A DNA stretch of 64,000 nucleotides from Macrostomum lignano. Taxonomy: Eukaryota. Below are positions 57,319 through 64,000 of the stretch, piece by piece. Made by a program: the position numbers and the translations under genes. The notes beneath the pieces are model-generated. The model saw only the letters and a list, made by a program, of their open reading frames with translations. It did no database searches and was not told the origin of the DNA. Location of the stretch: NCBI GenBank assembly GCA_002269645.1, contig NIVC01001405.1, positions 62,001 to 126,000 on the forward strand, in the 5' to 3' direction. Every line of letters begins with the position of its first letter. Positions within the stretch are counted from its first letter, which is position 1.

Positions 57319-60300
57319 ATGTCAGTAAAGCACGAAGAGCAATTTGAACCCACACCCTATGTTGTGGCCATCATCACCTACATTGGCTACGTCATGTTGG
57401 CCGTGTTTGGCCACATGCGCGATTTTCTAAGAAACCACGGCTTCGAGAAGAACCTGATTGCCACTGAGCCGGCCAGGACTAAGGTGTGCGCAGTAGATTT
57501 TGTTTGATAAGCTGCTATCTCTGACATTGTAGTGCGTCGTTTATCTTGCTCCAAATTACTCATAGTTTCAACCCTATGTAGCTCTAGTAAACAGCAAATT
57601 GATGTTTGACACAAATGAACTTTTTTGTGTCAATAAGAATTTGAGTAAAATTCGATGGATCTAAACCGTCTGAGAGTCTTTGCCTGAGACCGAGTATTTG
57701 GATCTCAGACACTGGGAGTGGGGATCTCAGACTCTGAGAGGGGAGATCTCAGACACTGGGAGAGGATATCTCAGAAACTGGGAGAGGGGATCTCAAAAAC
57801 TGGGAGAGGGGATCTTAGACACTGAGAGAGGAGATCTCAGAAACTGGGAGGGGGGATATTCACACTGGGAGACGAGATCTCAGAAACTGGGAGGGAGTCT
57901 AAGACACTAGGAGAGGGGATCTCAGACACTGGGAGAGGGGATCTCAGACACTGGGAGAGGGGATCTCAGACACTGGGAGGGGGGATATTCACACTGGGAG
58001 ACGAGATCTCAGAAACTGGGAGGGAGTCTAAGACACTAGGAGAGGGGATCTCAGACACTGGGAGAGGGGATCTCAGACACTGGGAGAGGGGATCTCAGAC
58101 ACTGGGAGAGGAGATCTCAGAAACTGGGAGGGGGGATATTCACACTGGGAGACGAGATCTCAGAAACTGGGAGGGAGTCTAAGACACTAGGAGAGGGGAT
58201 CTCAAACACTGGGAGAGGGGATCTCAGATACTGGGAGAGGGGATCTCAGACACTGGGAGAGGGGATCTCAGACACTGGGAGAGCGGATCTCAGTCACTGG
58301 GGCCTTATGAAGTTTTAAGCTTGTAAAAGCGAACGATCAGAAGACCCCAGAAAAGAAATTCAAATCGCAGCCTTCACTCCCGATCCCTCAGGACTTCGTG
58401 CCGCTCTACCAAAACTTCGAGTCCTTCTACACCCGCAATTTGTACCGGCGAATCCGGGACTGCTGGAACCGGCCGATCCGCACCTGCCCGGGCGCCGAGT
58501 TTGAGCTGATCGACCGGAAAAGCCCCGACCACGGCTGGAGCTTCGAGTACCCGGGCACGCACACGCGGGCCATCAACTTCGGCAGCTATAATTATCTGGG
58601 CTTCGCCGAGACCGACGGCCCCTGCGCCGACGCCGCGGCCGCTGCCACCGAGACGTTCGGCTGCGGAGTCGGCAGCCCGCGCGCAGAGGCCGGCAACCTG
58701 GACCTGCACACCCGGCTCGAAGCCACTGTGGCCGAGTTTGTCGGCGCCGAGGACGCCATCATCTTCCCGATGGGATTCGCCACTAACGCCTTGAACATGC
58801 CAGCCCTCATTGGCAAAGGCTGCTGCGTGCTCTCCGACGAGCTCAACCATAGCTCTCTGGTGCTGGGTGCCCGCCTCACTGGCGCTAAGATCAAAGTGTT
58901 CAGGCATAACGACATAGCCGATGTGGAGGCCAAGCTGAGGGACGCCATTGTCTATGGCCAGGATAGGACTAGGCGACCGTTTAAAAAGATTCTTATTGTG
59001 GTGAGCTTTTGGGTAGTCTTCGTCTCACCCAGCTCAATTCCTGTTGTCTATGGTTCTGGATGACCTACGAGCCCAATTTCGGTTCCACAGAATATTCTGT
59101 GTTCGGTTCCCAGACGTCCAGTGTGGATTACCCATGAGCCCACTTCCGGTTCCCAGATGTCCAGTGTGGATGACCCATGAGCCCAATTCCGGTTCCCGGA
59201 TGTCCAGTGTGGATGACCCATGAGGCCACTTCCGGTTCCCAGATGTCCAGTGTGGATGACCCATGAGCCCACTTCCGGTTCCCAGATGTCCAGTGTGGAT
59301 GACCCATGAGCCCACTTCCGGTTCCCAGATGTCCAGTCTAGATGACCTATGAGCCTACTTCCGGTTTCCATGTGTCCATTGGGGATGACCCATGAGTCCA
59401 CTTCTGGTTCCTAGATGTCCAGTGTGGATGACCCATGAGCCCACTTCCGGTTTCCAGATGTCCAGTCTGGATGATCCATAAGCCCACTTTCGGTTTCCAG
59501 ATGTCCAGTCTAGATGACCCATGAGCCCACTTCCGGTTCCTGGATGTCTAGTCTAGATACCCATGAGCCCACTTCCGGTTCCCAGATGTCCAGTCTAGAT
59601 GACCCATGGGCCCACTTCCGGTTTCCAGATGTCCAGTCCGGATGACCCATGGGCCCACTTCCGGTTTCCAGATGTGAGATGTCCAGTCTGAATGACCCAT
59701 GAGCCCACTTCCGGTTCCCAGATGTCCAGTCTAGATAACCCATGAGCCCACTTCGGTGCAGAGTAAGGGTATACCGGTACAGTTGAACTTAAAAGCCAGT
59801 CGCTCCCGTTCCTCCCAACCCAGGTGGAGGGCGTCTACAGCATGGAGGGCAGTGTCACCCGCCTGCCGGAACTAATCGCCTTGAAGAAGAAGTACAAAGC
59901 GTACTTGTACCTGGACGAGGCGCACTCCATCGGGGCCATGGGGCCTCACGGCCGAGGCGTAGTGGACTATTTCGGCTGCGATCCCAGAGACGTCGACGTC
60001 CTGATGGGCACCTTCACGAAGAGCTTCGGCGGAGCTGGCGGTTACATCGCCGGAAGCCAGCACCTCGTTGCGCTGCTGCGCCAGCGCAGTCACAGCGGCC
60101 TCTACGGAGCCTCCCTGCCAGCCCCTGTGGCCGCCCAGGTGGTCACCGCCTTCCAGATGTTGATGGGCCGGGCCGGCCCACCCGGAGAGGGCGCCAGGCG
60201 GCTCAAGCAGCTGGAGGTCAATACGCAGTACTTCCGGGCCTCTCTGCACCGGCTTGGCGTTATTGTCTATGGCCACAGGTGGGTAGGCGGTCGCGAGTTC

Positions 60301-61194
60301 GAGCTCTCTTATAAATTTGCTTAATAATTTCAAAATTTCTAGTCAGGTACAGTATTATTAGTCAGGTATTGGACAGGTACAGTATTATTAGTCAGGTATT
60401 GGAAAGGAACAGTATTATTAGTCAGGTATTAGTCAGGTACAGTATTATTAGTCAGGTATTGGACAGGCACAGTATTATTAGTCAGGTATTGGACAGGTAC
60501 AGTATTATTAGTCAGGTATTGGACAGGTACAGTACATTAGACAGGCACAGTATTATTAGTCAGGTATTGGACAGGTACAGTACATTAGACAGGCACAGTA
60601 TTATTAGTCAGGTATTGGACAGGTACAGTACATTAGACAGGCACAGTATTTGCCTACTCATGGGAAGCACGGGCAATTCAGCAATCCATATGCTAAAAAT
60701 ACTATTCTATGCAGTATATAAAGCTGCTGACTCCCGCCCGCCCCAGAACCAGCCCGGTGGTGCCCGTGATGATCTTCATGCCCGGCAAGATCGCCGCCTT
60801 CGGCCGGGAGACGCTGAAGCGCGGCCTCGGCACGGTGGTTGTCGGCTACCCGGCCACGCCTATCATCGAGTCCCGGGCTCGATTCTGCCTGTCCGCCGCG
60901 CACAGCCTCGACATCATCGATCGCAGCGTGCAGATTATCGATGAGGTCACCAGCCTGCTGTTGATGAAGTACAGCAGGCGGCCGCCTCCAGCTTGGACTG
61001 CCGGCATCACCAGGGAGTGGGCGGAGGCCCAGCTGAAGCTTGTTGACCAGCAGCGGCGGCCGCATGGGGCCGCCAACGGTGGCCCCGTCCCCCGTCGTCC
61101 CGTCGAATGCCGTGGCGACCCGCCAGATAAGGTCGCCGACGAAAACGATGCCGCAGTGAAGGACAACCTGGCCGCCGTGGCTGCCGCTTCCTGA
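57319..61194 (+). CDS. SPTLC2: Serine palmitoyltransferase long-chain base subunit 2 (LCB2), about 558 aa, 4 coding exons
   Basis: Exons 57319-57483, 58392-59000, 59824-60278 and 60747-61194, in frame. Motifs [59 protein letters not shown], the PLP lysine GTFTKSFG, and VGYPATP..ESRARFC. SPTLC2 and SPTLC3 are not distinguishable in invertebrates. Confidence 0.95.
57700..58300. repeat. About 22-bp intronic minisatellite with higher-order structure
   Basis: Monomer GGGAGAGGGGATCTCAGACACT. A four-monomer variant block recurs at about 57846, 57975 and 58126. Confidence 0.95.
59058..59755. repeat. 43-bp intronic minisatellite, about 16 copies
   Basis: Unit GATGACCCATGAGCCCACTTCCGGTTCCCAGATGTCCAGTGTG. 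Confidence 0.96.
60340..60650. repeat. 30-bp intronic minisatellite with 18-bp inserts
   Basis: Unit AGTCAGGTATTGGACAGGTACAGTATTATT. Confidence 0.95.
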
Positions 61195-61427
61195 CGGGCC
61201 CGACTGGGTGGAGATTTTCTCTCTGTTCACAAACAGACGCTTATGTATAGACATGACTTTTACAGCCTGCTTTTGGACCTTTAGTACTTATCGTGCTTGC
61301 TTTTTACAATTAGGTTCACCGCAAATTTATTATTCGTACGTACTACGCTCGTAGTTTAAAACTCGTAATTTAACTGCATAGGAAGCAGTTAGAGTCCATG
61401 GCGTACTTAATAGTCTGGCACACTCTG

Positions 61428-61985
61428 GCCTACCAATGTAAACTCGCTCCCCCCCCCCGGCTCCTGCCCTCTCCGCTCCAACCACCCCAATGTACACTCC
61501 CCCAGCTCCTGCCCTTCTGCCAACCACCCCAATGTACACTCCCCCAGCTCCTGCCCTTCTGCCAATCACCCCAATGTACACTCCCCCCAGCTCCTGCCCT
61601 TCTGCCAACCACCCCAATGTACACTCCCCCAGCTCCTGCCCTTCTGCCAATCACCCCAATGTACACTCGCTCCCAGCCCAGCTCCTGCCCTTCTGCCAAT
61701 CACCCCAATGTACACTCGCTCCCAGCCCAGCTCCTGCCCTCTCCGCTCCAACCACCCCAATGTACACTCGCTCCCCGCCCAGCTCCTGCCCTCTTTGCTC
61801 CAACCACCCCAATGTACACTCGCTCCCCGCCGAGCTCCTGCTCTCTCCGCTCAAACCACCCCAATGTACACTCGCTCCCTGTCCACCTCAAGCCCTCTCC
61901 GCTCCAACCACCCCAATGTACACTCGCTCCCTGTCCACCTCAAGCCCTCTCCGCTCCAACCACCCCAATGTACACTCGCTCCCCG
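61428..61985. repeat. C-rich minisatellite with 36-52 bp variable units, downstream of SPTLC2
   Basis: Recurring ACCACCCCAATGTACACT(CGCT)CCC...GCTCCTGCCCT. Confidence 0.93.
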
Positions 61986-62762
61986 ACAAACTCTAAACTT
62001 CTCTATTCTATAACGGTGCTTAAGCTGTCGGTTTGTCCATACTCGGCACTGTTTATTGTATAACCAGCTTAGTAATGCACTGCTGGCGCTTCGGTTCCGA
62101 TAGTAAGTGTTATTAGTCTGCGAACGGGATTCCCGATCTTTGCCGAAGCGTTTACAGTTGAACTCATTTTTTGCACGCAGCACTCAGCTGTCCTGTCGGC
62201 GAGCATTTTGGCTCCGGTTTATTTCTATCAATTTGACTTTTTGTCATAACAGACAAACTGTGACACACTGGATGGACAAAACTTGCTGTGATTGACTTTT
62301 CTTTGCTAAGGCAAATCCACCCTTTCTGCAGCTTCTGTGTACCTGTTTAAAAGCAAGCTTACTTTTCTCGCCTTGGACTTATTAACCGCTTAATGACTTT
62401 GCTTTTGCACTGTGTTTACTTGCTTTTCTCTGAGTTCGAGTTTGTTTTGCACTGTTTGTGGCTATGTGGAACCCTGGCGCACTTTAAGCGACATTGTCAC
62501 ACAACCGGCGAGAGGCATTACTGCCCCCCCCCCCTGAGCAGGCACACAAGCGCGCGGATACGTACGCAGTCACACGCACAGGCACAGACCCACACAAGAG
62601 TGCACAGCGGCCCTGAATGTATTTATGGTTAGGCCTTGGGCGTTAGTTGCACGAGCAGAGCCAAGCTGAGATTCCAATTTAGCCTCAAATAAATGCGACT
62701 GCACTTGGAATCGAGCTTGGGACGCTGACCACAGGGCTCCGGCCCCCTCTTGTACACTGTTC

Positions 62763-63012
62763 CGCCTGTGTTCAGAGTGTCGCACTCACGACTGAAAGGT
62801 CGAGGGTTCGATTCTCGGCTCCACTCGGAACAATTTGTGTCCTTGAGCAAGACACTTAACTCTGCATTGCTTCAGCTCACCCAGCTGTAAAATGGGTGCC
62901 AGCATTAGCTGGGGTAATTGAGGGTGAGTGTGGCGACCCCCCCGTCCTTGGATAAGCTGTCGGTTGCCTCTGGCCATTAGCACAGGTGTAATTAATTGCT
63001 ATTATTATTATG
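62763..63012 (+). mobile_element. tRNA-derived SINE with a CORE-like central domain
   Basis: B box GGTTCGATTC at about 62805. Then TGTGTCCTTGAGCAAGACACTTAACTC...CTCACCCAGCTGTAAAATGGG, which resembles the MIR/CORE consensus. (ATT)n tail at about 63000. Confidence 0.8.
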
Positions 63013-63875
63013 GCCCCTACAAGCCTGCAGCTCAGGACAATGCTGGATATTCCTACTGTACCTACTGTTAGTAAAGTCTGGTGAATTTTTCCTTTAGCTC
63101 GCAGCTCGCACACGCCAGATGAAATGGCCACAGCTCGTACTGTAAGTAGTTGCGAAGCAAATTTTGCTTGCACTATTGATTTTTATTTATTAATGCGTCA
63201 CAAAACACGCAGCGCCTGCCAGCTGCTAGGATGAATTGAAAATCAAATAATTCCATAGTTTTACTTAATTACCTGTGCTAAATAAGACAATTTTCTGATT
63301 TACTGAGCCCAGCCGCCTTACTCAATTTCTATTTCATTGCACAGCTCTTAAAAGTACATCCGGACTCCCCGTGTTCCTAATTAACTGTCAAATTAGTTTT
63401 CCTAATTGCTTTTTGCTAACAGTTTATCACACACTGCAAACTCCTGTTTTTACCTTATCGCCTCTCCTTTGAATTTCTTACAGAATACTTTTTGTGTCTT
63501 TTCCCCACTTTTACTGATTAATAATATTATATTAAAGCTAGAATTTATTGCCTATCGTCGGCCGGTCGCTCAAGCAATAGAAATAGCTAGTTTAATCAAA
63601 ATGTAATACTTATTTGTGCTTTCCTAATAAATTTGAGCTAAATAAAATAGACGCGTTATGATAATATCTCTGATTTTTATATTTCGGCTTGAAAAGGATA
63701 CTCTTCGTTAGCTAAAACAGTTTCAGTGAGCAGAATTTTGTTTTTAATATCCGTTTTCTTGAGCAAACTACAGAGGATATTACATAAGGAAATCGTTCAA
63801 GCAGTTGGATTAGGGTTTTGGATAAGCAGGGTTTAGAAACGGGGTTCTTTTACATGCATCTTCGACTGCACCTCT

Positions 63876-63994
63876 TTCATATCCCCGACACTTCATATCC
63901 CGACACTTCATATCCCCGACACTTCATATCCCCGACACTTCATATCCCCGACACTTCATATCCCCGACACTTCATATCCCCGACACTTCATATC
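63876..63994. repeat. 16-bp minisatellite, about 7.5 copies
   Basis: Unit TTCATATCCCCGACAC. Confidence 0.97.
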
Positions 63995-64000
63995 CTAGAC

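Overview
This is eukaryotic (metazoan) genomic DNA: GC-rich exons, GT-AG introns, and dense micro- and minisatellites. The style suggests a free-living flatworm such as Macrostomum, but that is inference only. Contents in order: (1) a divergent inverted pair of CUB-LDLa-LDLa-trypsin protease genes whose catalytic exons are almost identical while their N-terminal exons are about 70% identical; (2) between them, a ~3 kb non-coding TIR element inside a (CTGT)n microsatellite; (3) a solo LTR; (4) a C-type lectin-PAN gene; (5) two tandem three-exon ABCA transporters whose first composite ATP site is degenerate in a TAP1-like way; (6) two paralogous orphan coiled-coil genes; (7) between those, an RNase H-bearing LINE flanked by a ~335 bp duplication of a whole minisatellite; (8) a Penelope RT relic; (9) an orphan exon; (10) head-to-head ANO8 and SPTLC2 genes whose long introns are all filled with different minisatellites; (11) a CORE-type SINE. 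Exon boundaries were read by eye from splice signals and reading-frame continuity. No database searches were run.
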